From Rhodospirillales bacterium (GTDB lineage: Bacteria > Pseudomonadota > Alphaproteobacteria > MPNO01 > UBA2964): 64,000 bases of DNA. A program made the position numbers and the translations under genes. Positions within the stretch are counted from its first letter, which is position 1. Every line of letters begins with the position of its first letter. Shown here piece by piece: positions 38,038 to 47,838 of this stretch. The DNA lies in NCBI GenBank assembly GCA_038116945.1, contig JAYOEY010000011.1, positions 14,480-78,479 of the forward strand, read 5' to 3'. Below the pieces are notes generated by a model that was given only the letters and a program-made list of their open reading frames with translations, was not told the origin of the DNA and did not search any database.

Positions 38038-38904
38038 CTACGCAGTCCGGGGCATGTTTTTGCCGATGCTTGTGGTGGGCTGGCCGACCGCGGCCTGATC
38101 GGCCAGGGACGGCCACGCTGCAGGCGACCCGGCAGACTTGATGTTGTCCTCGTCCGCTCCGTCCGGATTCCAGTTGCGTCCGAGGAACCGCATTGAGGTG
38201 TATCCGTCGGAATCGTTCGAAGCGAGCCAGCAGATGGGCGCCACCATGGCGTCCGGCTGCACCAGCTCTTCGCGGTTGTAGGGCGACTCATGCGGCACCA
38301 TCGGCGTATCCGCCGCACCGCCCGGCACGAGAACGTTGCAGGTCACACCGGTATCCAGCAGATCGTCCGCCCAGGCGGAGCTGGCGGCTTCGAGGGCAGC
38401 CTTCGACTGACCGTACGGCATGTTGCCGCCCCGGATCATGGTGTTCATGCTGGTGGTGACGTTGACGATGCGGCCCCATCCCTGGTTCCGAAGATGTCCG
38501 ACCGCGGCGCGGCCCATCAGGAACGCGCCCCGCACGTTCACATCCATCAGCTTCTGCCACAGCTCCGGCTCGACGTCCCAGAAATTGAGCCGGTTGCGCC
38601 AGTAGTCGCGCCGGATCATCGACATGCCGAGCCCCGCGCAATTGACCAGCACGTGCAGCCCGCCAAGCTGGTCGATGACGGCCTTGATCGTGGCTTCCGT
38701 GTCGGCGACGCTGGTGATGTCGCAGGCGAACGGCGTGATGTTCTTGCCCGCTTCGTCAGCCGTCGCCTTCGCGGCATCGAGGTTGATGTCGACGCCGGCG
38801 ACCGTCGCGCCTGCCCTGGCGAGGCCCAGAGCCATCGCTTTTCCGAGTCCGCTTCCGGCGCCCGTAACGATGCAGATTTTTCCGTTGAGATCGCGTGTCG
38901 GCAT
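38038..38904 (-). CDS. SDR-family oxidoreductase, tandem paralogue
   Basis: 288 aa from ATG 38904; TGAGSGLG, YGQSK; the rest of the 578-aa ORF is non-coding overlap with the SRAP gene. Confidence 0.7.
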   Translation of the reverse strand: MPTRDLNGKICIVTGAGSGLGKAMALGLARAGATVAGVDINLDAAKATADEAGKNITPFACDITSVADTEATIKAVIDQLGGLHVLVNCAGLGMSMIRRDYWRNRLNFWDVEPELWQKLMDVNVRGAFLMGRAAVGHLRNQGWGRIVNVTTSMNTMIRGGNMPYGQSKAALEAASSAWADDLLDTGVTCNVLVPGGAADTPMVPHESPYNREELVQPDAMVAPICWLASNDSDGYTSMRFLGRNWNPDGADEDNIKSAGSPAAWPSLADQAAVGQPTTSIGKNMPRTA

Positions 38905-39021
38905 TTTCGTTTTCTCCCTGAGGTCCGATATCGACTGGTTGAGGCGAGAATAGGGGGCGAGTGTCCGGGCGACAACCCGTCGGCGGTTTTGCCGAATCCC
39001 CCGTAGGGTTAGCATTTCCGC

Positions 39022-39729
39022 ATGTGCGGTCGTTTCTCGATTACCACGGCGCCCGAAGCGATGCGGGCGTTGTTCGATTACGAAAACCTGCCGAATCTGG
39101 AGCCGCGCTTCAATGTCGCGCCGACCCAGATGATCGCCTGCGTTGCCGCCAACGATGCCGGCGTGCGACAGCTCGAATTCTTTCGCTGGGGGCTCATTCC
39201 GGCCTGGTCGAAGGACGCGTCGGCGGGCGCCAGGATGATCAACGCGCGCGGCGAGACGGTGGCGGAAAAGCCATCCTTTCGCGATGCCTTCGCGGCGCGA
39301 CGCTGTCTTGTCGCGGCGGACGGTTTCTACGAATGGCGGATGGAGAATGGACGCAAGCAGCCTTTCCGGATCGGTATGAAAGGCGGCGCGCCGTTTGCAT
39401 TTGCCGGGCTGTGGGAGGAATGGACGGCGACGGCGGATGGGGGCGGGCTGTCGGCCGGCGAGATTGTCCGGACAGTGACGATCGTAACGACCGTCGCGAA
39501 CGACAAGTTGCGTCCGATCCATCCGCGCATGCCGGTCATTCTGCCGCCCGAAGCCTATTCGCCGTGGCTCGATGCAGCCAATGACCGGGATCGGCTGCTT
39601 TCCCTGCTGAAGCCCTATCCGGCGGAACCGATGGCGTTTTATCGGGTGGGGACGGCGGTCAACAATGTGCGGAACGACGGGCCCGAATGTATCAGGCCGC
39701 TGAAAAGCGCAGTATCGGGTGGCGAATAG
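39022..39729 (+). CDS. SOS-response-associated peptidase (SRAP/YedK, abasic-site DNA-protein crosslink protein)
   Basis: MCGRFS N-terminus (catalytic Cys2), WGLIPAW, FYEW motifs. Confidence 0.8.
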   Translation: MCGRFSITTAPEAMRALFDYENLPNLEPRFNVAPTQMIACVAANDAGVRQLEFFRWGLIPAWSKDASAGARMINARGETVAEKPSFRDAFAARRCLVAADGFYEWRMENGRKQPFRIGMKGGAPFAFAGLWEEWTATADGGGLSAGEIVRTVTIVTTVANDKLRPIHPRMPVILPPEAYSPWLDAANDRDRLLSLLKPYPAEPMAFYRVGTAVNNVRNDGPECIRPLKSAVSGGE

Positions 39730-39925
39730 CCTCCGAATTTCCATTCCTTGGCCCGATTTTCGCCAGTTTTCCACAGAAACTGCGGAGCTTCGGCTGTTTT
39801 TGGGATTGAATCACCACCTCATCTATATATAGTGGTTGTGTTGCCACCATCTACGATATCTTGTCCGATTAATTATGGGGCAACAGGGGCAATAACCACC
39901 CGGCGTAATCAGGAGGGCGGCGGAA

Positions 39926-40291
39926 ATGCAGTGGACACCGGAACGAGTAGAGATTCTGACAAGGCTCTGGGCGGAAGGCCTTTCGGCGCGCCAGATCGCG
40001 CAGAAACTGGGCGGAGTCACCCGAAATGCCGTCATCGGCAAGGCGCACAGGCTGAACCTGCAGCGCGGCGCCCCCGTGCCCGAGCCGCAACCCGAGCCGG
40101 AGCCCGTCATCCCGGTCGAGCCGCCCATGCCGCTCAGCCCCGACGTCAAACCCTGGATGTGCCGCTGGTCCACCGACGAGGCCGGTCGCCTCGGCCTCCA
40201 CATCTGTGGAAAGACCGTTCAGCCGGGTCGGCATTACTGCGCCGAGCACCTGACGGCGGCCTATCTGCAGCGCCGACGGTCGGCGGCCTGA
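39926..40291 (+). CDS. gcrA: GcrA cell-cycle transcriptional regulator
   Basis: MQWTPERVEILTRLWAEGLSARQIAQKLGGVTRNAVIGKAHRL N-domain, Pro-rich linker, C-terminal C.W...CG...HYCAEH. Confidence 0.8.
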   Translation: MQWTPERVEILTRLWAEGLSARQIAQKLGGVTRNAVIGKAHRLNLQRGAPVPEPQPEPEPVIPVEPPMPLSPDVKPWMCRWSTDEAGRLGLHICGKTVQPGRHYCAEHLTAAYLQRRRSAA

Positions 40292-40313
40292 TAACGCAGC
40301 TCGGGTCATTTGC

Positions 40314-40342
40314 AAACGGCGGCCCGCGAGGCCGCCGTTTTG
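40314..40342 (+). terminator. Rho-independent terminator after gcrA
   Basis: AAACGGCGGCC-cgcgag-GCCGCCGTTTT. Confidence 0.6.
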
Positions 40343-40496
40343 CATCCGTCTGGAGAATATTTTTTAGCCTTGATGAGGATGACACGATTCCTCAAGACAA
40401 ATAAAAAGACCGGGTGATTGAGAAAATCCAGTAACCGCACAGGGGCTCCGGCAAGACGGGCCGGCGCCATCCTTCTTTAGTTTAGGGAGATCTCGA

Positions 40497-41531
40497 ATGA
40501 AGAAAATTCTTGTCGCGGCTTTTGCCGTTTCAACGATGTCCGGCGTAACGACTGCCACGGACGTTTCCGCCGACGATTTCTACAAGGGCAAGCAGCTCGT
40601 GCTGACGATTGCGTCCCGTCCCGGCGGCGGATTCAACGCATACGGCCGCGGTCTCGCCCGCTACATGGTGAAGCACCTGCCCGAAGGCGCGACGATCATC
40701 GTCAAGAACATGCCGGGCGCCGGCGGACGCAAGGCGACGGCGTGGCTCGACAAGCTGGCGCCGAAAGACGGTTCAAACTTTCTCGCAACCATGCCGGGCT
40801 CGCTGGTCGAGCCGATCCTCGGCGACCCGAAGCGGGTCAAGTACAAGCCGCTCGAATTCGGCTATATCGGCAGCGCTGCGGGGTTCAAGACGCTCTGCCT
40901 GCTGCGCTCCGATCACCCGGCCAAGTCGTTCGCCGACATGATGAAGACGCAGGTCGTGTTCGGCGGCGACCAGATCGGCTCCACCACCCACGATCACGCC
41001 AACATGATGCGCAACCTGACGGGCGCGAACATCAAGCTGGTCAAGGGCTACAGCGGATCGAAGACGCTTGTGCTTGCGGTGCAGCAGAAGGAAATCGACG
41101 GATTCTGCGGTTATGCGTGGGCTTCGCTGATGAGCCGTGCGCCGCATCTGGTTAAGGACAATATCGTCCGTATGGTCGTCCAGTTCGGTCTGGAAGAACA
41201 TCCGGGCGCAACCGCGATGGGCGTTCCGCCGGTCTGGAAATTCGTCAAGAACGAAAAGGACCGCAAGGCGCTGGAGCTTCTGTCATCGGTTCAGGTATTC
41301 GGGCGCCCCTATATAACGCCGGTGGGCGTGCCGAAGGAACGGCTGGAAGCGCTGCAGAAGGCGTTCGACGCGACGATGAAGGATCCTGCCTTCCAGGCGG
41401 AGATGAAGAAGCGCAAGCTCGATCTGTCGCCCACCTCGGGTCCGCAGGTCAAGAAGCTGATCGAGGCGATCTATCTCGCCCCGAAGGACGTGCAGAAGCA
41501 CGCCCGCTGGGCCATCGCGACCTCGAAATAG
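40497..41531 (+). CDS. Tripartite tricarboxylate transporter substrate-binding protein (TctC/Bug family), orphan
   Basis: Signal peptide; IIVKNMPGAGG and KGYSGSKTLVLAVQQKEIDG motifs. Confidence 0.55.
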   Translation: MKKILVAAFAVSTMSGVTTATDVSADDFYKGKQLVLTIASRPGGGFNAYGRGLARYMVKHLPEGATIIVKNMPGAGGRKATAWLDKLAPKDGSNFLATMPGSLVEPILGDPKRVKYKPLEFGYIGSAAGFKTLCLLRSDHPAKSFADMMKTQVVFGGDQIGSTTHDHANMMRNLTGANIKLVKGYSGSKTLVLAVQQKEIDGFCGYAWASLMSRAPHLVKDNIVRMVVQFGLEEHPGATAMGVPPVWKFVKNEKDRKALELLSSVQVFGRPYITPVGVPKERLEALQKAFDATMKDPAFQAEMKKRKLDLSPTSGPQVKKLIEAIYLAPKDVQKHARWAIATSK

Positions 41532-41535
41532 AACC

Positions 41536-42510
41536 TTATTTCAGCAACCCGGGAAGGCGAGAGGAAAGAATTTCCTCCGCCTCCCGGACGATGCGTTCCA
41601 CAACCTCTCCGGCCGGCGGGATGTCGTGAATCAGGCCGGCATCCTGTCCCATCGACAGCGACGCTTCTTCCACATCGCCAGTCCTGCGCGCTTCGATCAG
41701 GTCTGCCAGCGCCGCGGCCTGGTTCTGGCGGAGCGCCCACTCGCGACCCGACCACCGCTCGATAAACCGGTTCCGCTTCGCGCGCGACATGGCGCCCGGC
41801 CAGACTGTCGCCTGCGCGATATCCGGGATTTCGGTCAGCACCGTGTCGTGCCCGTCAGCGTCCACGATGGCCTGCTTGAAGTTCTGATGCAGCGGCGATT
41901 CCTCCGTCGCGAGAAACCGCGTGCCGAGCAAGACACCCTGCGCGCCGAGCGCCAGCGCGGCGGCGAGCCCGCGCCCGTCGGCGATGCCGCCGGCGGCGAT
42001 CACGGGGGTATTACCGACGGCGTCCACCACCATCGGTACCAGCGACAATGTGGCGTTCCAGCTGACATGACCCCCGCCTTCGGTTCCCTGAGCGACAATC
42101 GCGTCCGCGCCGGCATCGACGCCGACCAGGGCTTCCGGCACGCCGCCGGCCATGTACGTCACCTTGCAGCCCGCATCCTTGGCCCGCCCGACGAAGGATT
42201 TCACGTCCTGGTCGGGGCGCGGCCAGGCGAATGCCATGGCCGACGGGCGTTCGTCGAGGGCAGCCTGAAAACTCTCTTCGTCTGCGTGAAAGATCAGAAA
42301 ATTCAGCGCAAACGACCGGTTGGTGCGTCTTCGGATGTCAGCCGTGGCTTCCCGTATCCGCTCCGGGTTCAGCCCGTGGCACCCCATGGCGCCGAGACCG
42401 CCGGCTTCCGATACCGCCGCCACCAGCGGCGGCGAATAGATGGATCCCATGCCGCCGAGAAAGATCGGATGGTCGATATCGAAAATGTCGCAGACAGGCG
42501 TCCTGATCAT
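41536..42510 (-). CDS. Nitronate monooxygenase / 2-nitropropane dioxygenase-like FMN enzyme
   Basis: 324 aa; TIM-barrel FMN motifs (PIFLGGMG, IAAGGIADGRG). Confidence 0.7.
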   Translation of the reverse strand: MIRTPVCDIFDIDHPIFLGGMGSIYSPPLVAAVSEAGGLGAMGCHGLNPERIREATADIRRRTNRSFALNFLIFHADEESFQAALDERPSAMAFAWPRPDQDVKSFVGRAKDAGCKVTYMAGGVPEALVGVDAGADAIVAQGTEGGGHVSWNATLSLVPMVVDAVGNTPVIAAGGIADGRGLAAALALGAQGVLLGTRFLATEESPLHQNFKQAIVDADGHDTVLTEIPDIAQATVWPGAMSRAKRNRFIERWSGREWALRQNQAAALADLIEARRTGDVEEASLSMGQDAGLIHDIPPAGEVVERIVREAEEILSSRLPGLLK

Positions 42511-42661
42511 GGGATCTCTCCATTTATTCTCATGCGAGAATAATAGGGGTGAATCGATCCGGAGAAAACAGTCGTCGCGTCGATTCCGCCAAGGGGTGAC
42601 GCCCCACCGGCGTTACGATAAAACTCGGCCTTCTCGTCAATACGGAAAGTTCTGAAAAATA

Positions 42662-44752
42662 ATGGCTTCGGATTCGCGTTACCGGCTGGGTGTCGATGTC
42701 GGCGGCACTCATACCGACCTGGTTCTCCTCGATGTCGATTCCGGTGAAATCGCTGTCGAAAAGGTGTCCTCGACCCCGGCCAATCCCGCCCTTGGTGTTC
42801 TGAACGGGGTCAATAATTTTATCGCCAGGGGCACGGCGCCCGGTTCCATTGAGTTTTTCAGCCACGGGACGACGATCACGACCAACGCGCTGCTGCAGAT
42901 GCGGGGCGCGCGCGTCGGGCTGATGATCACAAAGGGCTATCGCGCAATCCAGGAAGTCCAGACCCAGGCGCGCGACGGCAATCCGTTCGATTATTTTTAC
43001 GAAAAGCCGGAACCCATCGCGCCGCAGAGCATGACGCGCGAAATAGCCGGCCGGATCGGCTGGGAAGGCGCAGAGATCGAGCCGCTCGACGAGGACGCCG
43101 TACGCATCGCTACCCGCGCCTTCCGCGACGACGGGGTAACGTCGATTGCGGTCTGCTACCTGTTTTCCTACGCCAATACCTCGCATGAGGACCGTACGCG
43201 CGCGATCGTCCAGGAGGAATTTCCGGAGGCACATGTGTCGCTCTCGTCGGAGGTGCTGCCGCGTATCCGGGAATGGCCGCGGCTGTCGACGACGTTGCTC
43301 AACGCCTATCTGGGTCCGGTTCTGGTGGATTACATCGCCGACCTGAACAGGGGGCTGGACGAGGGCGGGGTGGAGACCCAGCAGAGATTCCTGATGCAGT
43401 CGAACGGCGGCGTCATGCCTTTCGCTGCAGCGGTTCAGGGCGGCAAGACGGTCTATACGCTGTTCTCGGGCCCGGCGGCGGGCGCGCAGGCGAGCGCCTA
43501 TCTGGCGGGCGACGATGCAATGAAAGGTATCGTGACGCTGGATATGGGCGGAACATCCGCCGATATCGCCTTTATCGAAGGCGGAACGCCGCTCGAGGTA
43601 ACCGAAGTGATGCTGGCGCGGCGACCGCTGGGCGTTCCGGCGCTCGACATGACGACGATTTCCGCCGGCGGCGGCTCGATCGCCTGGGTCGACAAGGGCG
43701 GCTTTCTCTGCGTCGGACCGCACAGCGCGGGCGCCGATCCGGGGCCGGCCTGCTACGGCAAGGGCGGCGACGAGCCGGCGGTTACGGACGCCGATATCGT
43801 GCTCGGATACCTCAACCCCGATTATTTCCTCGGCGGCTCGCAGTCGCTCGATGTCGCGGCGTCTGAAAAGGCGCTCAGGGAGAAGGTCGGCGATCCGCTC
43901 GGCATGTCGATCCGCGAGGCGGCGGCAGGCATCCGCCGCATCGTCGATCTGCGCATGGCGGACGAGGTCAAGGTGTTCGGCGCGAAGCGGGGCGTGAACC
44001 CGCAGGAATTCACGCTGCTGCCGTTCGGCGGCGCCGGCGCGGTGCATGCCGGTTCGGTCGCCGACGAACTCGGCATCAACCGGATTTTCGTTCCGCCCCG
44101 TCCCGGCGCGTTTTCGGCGCTGGGGCTTCTTTGTACCGACGTCGTCCACGATTACGTGCGGTCCGAGCTCCGTCCCATGGAGCAGGTGACGGCCGATCAC
44201 GCCGAGGCGGTGTTCTCCGAACTCGAAGCGCGCGGCCATGCCGAACTGGCCGAAGAGGGTCTGTCCGACGATGGCGCGCGCTTCGAACGCGAACTCGACA
44301 TGCGCTATACGGGGCAGGGGTACGAGCTTCGCGTGTCGCTCGACGGGCTCGGGTCGGGAGGCCTGAGCGCCGACGACATGGCCGGTGCGCGAGACCGGTT
44401 CGACGACCGGCATGCGCAAATCCACGGCCATGCCGCCAAGGACCGGTCGGTGGAGATCGTTTCCTATCGCGTGCGGTTGCGGGTCGCCGTGCCGAAATAC
44501 GCGCCGCGGCCGGTGGGGGACCCTGTGGAGGCGCCCGCGCCCGCCGATTCCGTCAAGGGAACCCGCACGGTCTATTTTACCGCCGATACCGGCACGGAAA
44601 CCACGCTTTACGAACGCGACCGGCTGCCGCTCGGAGCGTTCGTCGATGGGCCCGCCATTATCGAGCAGTTCGATTCGACCATCGTCGTGCCCGACAAATG
44701 GCGCGCATCGGTTGACGCATACCGGAACCTGATCCTGACCCGGGAGAGATAG
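42662..44752 (+). CDS. Hydantoinase A / N-methylhydantoinase A-type subunit (HyuA family)
   Basis: 696 aa; N-terminal GVDVGGTHTDLVL. Confidence 0.8.
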   Translation: MASDSRYRLGVDVGGTHTDLVLLDVDSGEIAVEKVSSTPANPALGVLNGVNNFIARGTAPGSIEFFSHGTTITTNALLQMRGARVGLMITKGYRAIQEVQTQARDGNPFDYFYEKPEPIAPQSMTREIAGRIGWEGAEIEPLDEDAVRIATRAFRDDGVTSIAVCYLFSYANTSHEDRTRAIVQEEFPEAHVSLSSEVLPRIREWPRLSTTLLNAYLGPVLVDYIADLNRGLDEGGVETQQRFLMQSNGGVMPFAAAVQGGKTVYTLFSGPAAGAQASAYLAGDDAMKGIVTLDMGGTSADIAFIEGGTPLEVTEVMLARRPLGVPALDMTTISAGGGSIAWVDKGGFLCVGPHSAGADPGPACYGKGGDEPAVTDADIVLGYLNPDYFLGGSQSLDVAASEKALREKVGDPLGMSIREAAAGIRRIVDLRMADEVKVFGAKRGVNPQEFTLLPFGGAGAVHAGSVADELGINRIFVPPRPGAFSALGLLCTDVVHDYVRSELRPMEQVTADHAEAVFSELEARGHAELAEEGLSDDGARFERELDMRYTGQGYELRVSLDGLGSGGLSADDMAGARDRFDDRHAQIHGHAAKDRSVEIVSYRVRLRVAVPKYAPRPVGDPVEAPAPADSVKGTRTVYFTADTGTETTLYERDRLPLGAFVDGPAIIEQFDSTIVVPDKWRASVDAYRNLILTRER

Positions 44753-44753
44753 A

Positions 44754-46439
44754 ATGGCTGAAACCACCGCTGCAACCATCGATCCCGTTACCGTCCAGGT
44801 ACTGCGCAACAAGGTCGCGAGCCTCGTCGACGAGATGCACTATCATTTCTACCGGTCGGGTTATTCGACGATCATCCGCGAATCGCGCGATTTCTCCTGC
44901 GTCATTCTTGACCGGCGCGGCCGGCTGATCGTGCCGCCGCCGATGTTTTTTCACGGCATCGCCTACCGGACGTTCGTGGACAGCATCTTCTCGCTTTACA
45001 GGGAAGACGAAATAGAGGACGGCGACGTCTTCGTCTCGAATCATCCGTACCAGGCGGGGATGCCGCATGTCTCCGACATGGGGTTCGTTGCGCCGATCTT
45101 CGCACAGGGAACGCTGGTGGGATTCTCGGCATCCATCGCGCACAAGGCCGATATCGGTGGCACCAACCCGGGAAGCACGTCGGCCAACTCGACCGAGCTC
45201 TATCACGAAGGACTCCTGCTGCCGCCCATCAAGTTTCACCGTGCCGGAGAGCTGGATGAAGACCTGCTGCGGGTGATCCTCGGCAACAGCCGCCATCCGG
45301 ATCTCGTGCGGGGCGACATTCATGCGCAGGTCGCGGCGACCAACATGGGCGTCGAGCGGATGAAGGAAAATGCCGAGCGGTTCGGCGCCGACACGGTAAT
45401 CGCCGCGTTCGACGCCATTCTGAACGGGGCGGCGGAGGAGCTGCGGGCCGCCATCGCGGCGCTGCCCGACGGGACTTCCTCGGCCGAAGGCTACATGGAC
45501 GACGACGGGGTCGAGCGCGACAAGCCGGTCAAGTTCGCCGTGACCATCACCATCGAAGGCGACAGGGCAATCTTCGACTATTCCGACAGCGGACCGCAGG
45601 CCAAGGGTCCGGTCAATCTGCGTCCCGCCATGGTCGAGGCCTGCACGTTCTACTGCCTCGTTGGCGCGCTTGGGCCGCACGACCTGCATTACAACGGCGG
45701 TATGGGAGACGTGGTCGAGCTGCGTTTCGCCCCCAACACCGTGACGAATGCGAGCCCGCCCGCGCCGGTCTCGTCCTATCAGAAAGCGAATTTGAAGCTG
45801 GTCGACGTGATCCTCGAGGCGATGGCGCATTTCGCGCCGGAGCGCGCGATCGCCGGGTCGGGGTCGTCCGGCTCGCTGCTGATTTCCTGGCAGGGCGGCG
45901 GACGCGAAGGCCATTCGACCATGCAGTACGAGATCTTCGGCTCGGCCTATGGCGGCGGCAAGGGCCATGACGGGACGTCGATGACGGCGACCCATCTGTC
46001 GAACCTGCATGTCACGCCGATCGAAATTCTCGAATCCGAATTTCCCTGCCGTATTACCGAGTTCTCGTTCATTCCGGATTCCGGCGGGCCGGGCGAATAT
46101 CGCGGCGGCGTCGCCTTCCGGCGGCGCTACGAGCTGCTGCAGGATGCGATGGTGGTGCGCCGCTACGAGCGCGCCAAATTTCCGCCGACCGGCATGGAAG
46201 GCGGCAAGGACGGGCGCGCCAGCCGGTTTGTCTCCATCGGCCATAACGGCGACCAGACCGACCTGCCGGCGGCGGGGCGGTTCGACATGAAAGCCGGCGA
46301 GGGGTTCTTCCTCGACAAGGCGGGCGGCGGCGGGTACGGCGATCCGCAGAAGCGCGATCCCGAAGCGATCCGTCGCGATCTGAAGGAAGGGTACGTCACG
46401 CCCGAAGGCGCGAAGCGGGATTACGGATTCGAAGGGTAA
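44754..46439 (+). CDS. Hydantoinase B / oxoprolinase-type subunit (HyuB family)
   Basis: 561 aa; starts 2 nt after the hyuA stop. Confidence 0.8.
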   Translation: MAETTAATIDPVTVQVLRNKVASLVDEMHYHFYRSGYSTIIRESRDFSCVILDRRGRLIVPPPMFFHGIAYRTFVDSIFSLYREDEIEDGDVFVSNHPYQAGMPHVSDMGFVAPIFAQGTLVGFSASIAHKADIGGTNPGSTSANSTELYHEGLLLPPIKFHRAGELDEDLLRVILGNSRHPDLVRGDIHAQVAATNMGVERMKENAERFGADTVIAAFDAILNGAAEELRAAIAALPDGTSSAEGYMDDDGVERDKPVKFAVTITIEGDRAIFDYSDSGPQAKGPVNLRPAMVEACTFYCLVGALGPHDLHYNGGMGDVVELRFAPNTVTNASPPAPVSSYQKANLKLVDVILEAMAHFAPERAIAGSGSSGSLLISWQGGGREGHSTMQYEIFGSAYGGGKGHDGTSMTATHLSNLHVTPIEILESEFPCRITEFSFIPDSGGPGEYRGGVAFRRRYELLQDAMVVRRYERAKFPPTGMEGGKDGRASRFVSIGHNGDQTDLPAAGRFDMKAGEGFFLDKAGGGGYGDPQKRDPEAIRRDLKEGYVTPEGAKRDYGFEG

Positions 46440-46457
46440 AATATGCTGACGCGAAAT

Positions 46458-46484
46458 GGGGCCGGCCCCATCTGGCCGGCCCCT
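46458..46484. terminator. Bidirectional hairpin between convergent hyuB and the binding-protein gene
   Basis: GGGGCCGGCCCC-atct-GGCCGGCCCC. Confidence 0.45.
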
Positions 46485-46502
46485 CGATTCGTCAGACCGT
46501 AA

Positions 46503-47591
46503 TCAGCGGGCGGGGCGTCCTCGCCTTTCCCTCGGCGAAGTTTCTCCCTCGACCTTGCGCCCTCTGACCATGATCGCTTCCCGCGCCATTGTGGCCACTT
46601 CCGGCGATACCTTCATCATTTCGCCCACGACCTTCTGAAGGTCTTCGCCCTTCATCGGGGCGACATCGAGCTTGCGTCTGTTCGCTTCTTCCTTGAAGGC
46701 CGGGCTGTAGGCCATCTTCTCGAAGGCGGCGCGCAGGGAGGCCGAAATATGAGCCGGCGTCTTCGGCGGCACCGTAAGCGACCGGCCCACCGCGCCCAGC
46801 GACGCCATGAACCCGACAATCTGCTTCTGTTCCGGCGTGACGGCCAGATCGGTCAGCATGGGCAGGTTCTGAAGCGCGGGGTCCTTGTTGACGCCCAGCT
46901 GAAGCACCGGCTTTGCGTAACCGGTTTCGAACCATTTGCCGCGCGTCGCGGTCCAGGACGCCCACGTCAGCGAGGCACCGTCGGTTTCCTTCTGCTCCAT
47001 CGCCAGCATGGCTTTCTGGGAGCCCTTGTAGCCCTGGATGATCTTGATCTTGGTCCCGAAGACGCCGTTCAGCATCGCCGGCAGCAGGAAGGTCTGCGAA
47101 CCGGTGCCGGTCGATCCGGCGATGACCGGCGTTTTCTGGAGGTCGGCGAGCGTGTTGATGTTCTTGTCGGAGCGGAAGACGAGGACCGAGTTGGTCTGTA
47201 CCGCGTTGCCGAGATAGTAGAACTGGTTCGCCTTGTATCGGGTTGTCTTGGGCTCGAGAATGTTCGAAATCACCACCGTGTCGGGCGGCATGAACAGGTT
47301 GAGGCCGGTTTTCGCCGCGACGTTAAAGGCGTAGTTGCTCGCCTTGATGCCGCCTGCGCCCGGCATGTACTGGACAACGATGGTCGGATGGCCGGGGATA
47401 AACGGCTTCAGGTGGTGAGCCATGATCTGGGAATAGAGACCGTACGTCCCGCCGGCATCGAAGCCGACGGTAATGGTCACTTTCTTGTCCTTGAACGCGC
47501 GCTCGACCGCAGCGTCATTGGCGAGAGCGGGCAGGGCAAGGCTTGTCGCGAGGACGAGTGCGCCTGCAGCGCAACTGGTCTTGCTTTTCAT
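46503..47591 (-). CDS. TctC/Bug-like periplasmic substrate-binding protein
   Basis: Signal peptide; VVQYMPGAGG, QGYKGSQKAMLAMEQKETDG. Confidence 0.5.
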   Translation of the reverse strand: MKSKTSCAAGALVLATSLALPALANDAAVERAFKDKKVTITVGFDAGGTYGLYSQIMAHHLKPFIPGHPTIVVQYMPGAGGIKASNYAFNVAAKTGLNLFMPPDTVVISNILEPKTTRYKANQFYYLGNAVQTNSVLVFRSDKNINTLADLQKTPVIAGSTGTGSQTFLLPAMLNGVFGTKIKIIQGYKGSQKAMLAMEQKETDGASLTWASWTATRGKWFETGYAKPVLQLGVNKDPALQNLPMLTDLAVTPEQKQIVGFMASLGAVGRSLTVPPKTPAHISASLRAAFEKMAYSPAFKEEANRRKLDVAPMKGEDLQKVVGEMMKVSPEVATMAREAIMVRGRKVEGETSPRERRGRPAR

Positions 47592-47786
47592 AATGTTCCT
47601 CCAAGGGATAGGTCACGGGTTGACCGGCAATTGCCGGGAGGTGCGTCCGGCGATCGTTCGCCGGACGAATAACCCTTCTTCGGAGGCTGGGGACCGGTTG
47701 GCCGGTTTTGGGCATCCCGCCATTTCTGTGTCGGCGTTCAGGGCGGCGTGTATTTCGGCATTCCCAACGCGCTTTCAAGTGGGCGG

Positions 47787-47820
47787 CGAAAAAAAAGGCC
47801 GGGGAAATCCCCGGCCTTTC
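47787..47820 (-). terminator. Rho-independent terminator (minus strand) after the 47839-48891 gene
   Basis: GGCCGGGG-aaat-CCCCGGCC followed on the minus strand by TTTTTTTTT. Confidence 0.6.
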
Positions 47821-47838
47821 TGTAAGACGCCTGCGCGC

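Noticed and set aside
38905-39774. N-terminal 290 codons of the 578-aa minus-strand ORF
   Set aside because: The SDR homology starts only at Met-291 (38904). The upstream part is antisense to the well-supported SRAP gene (39022-39729) and has no features.
39780-39925. gcrA promoter GANTC (CcrM) methylation sites
   Set aside because: A GAATC site is present but a single site is expected by chance; not reported as a feature.
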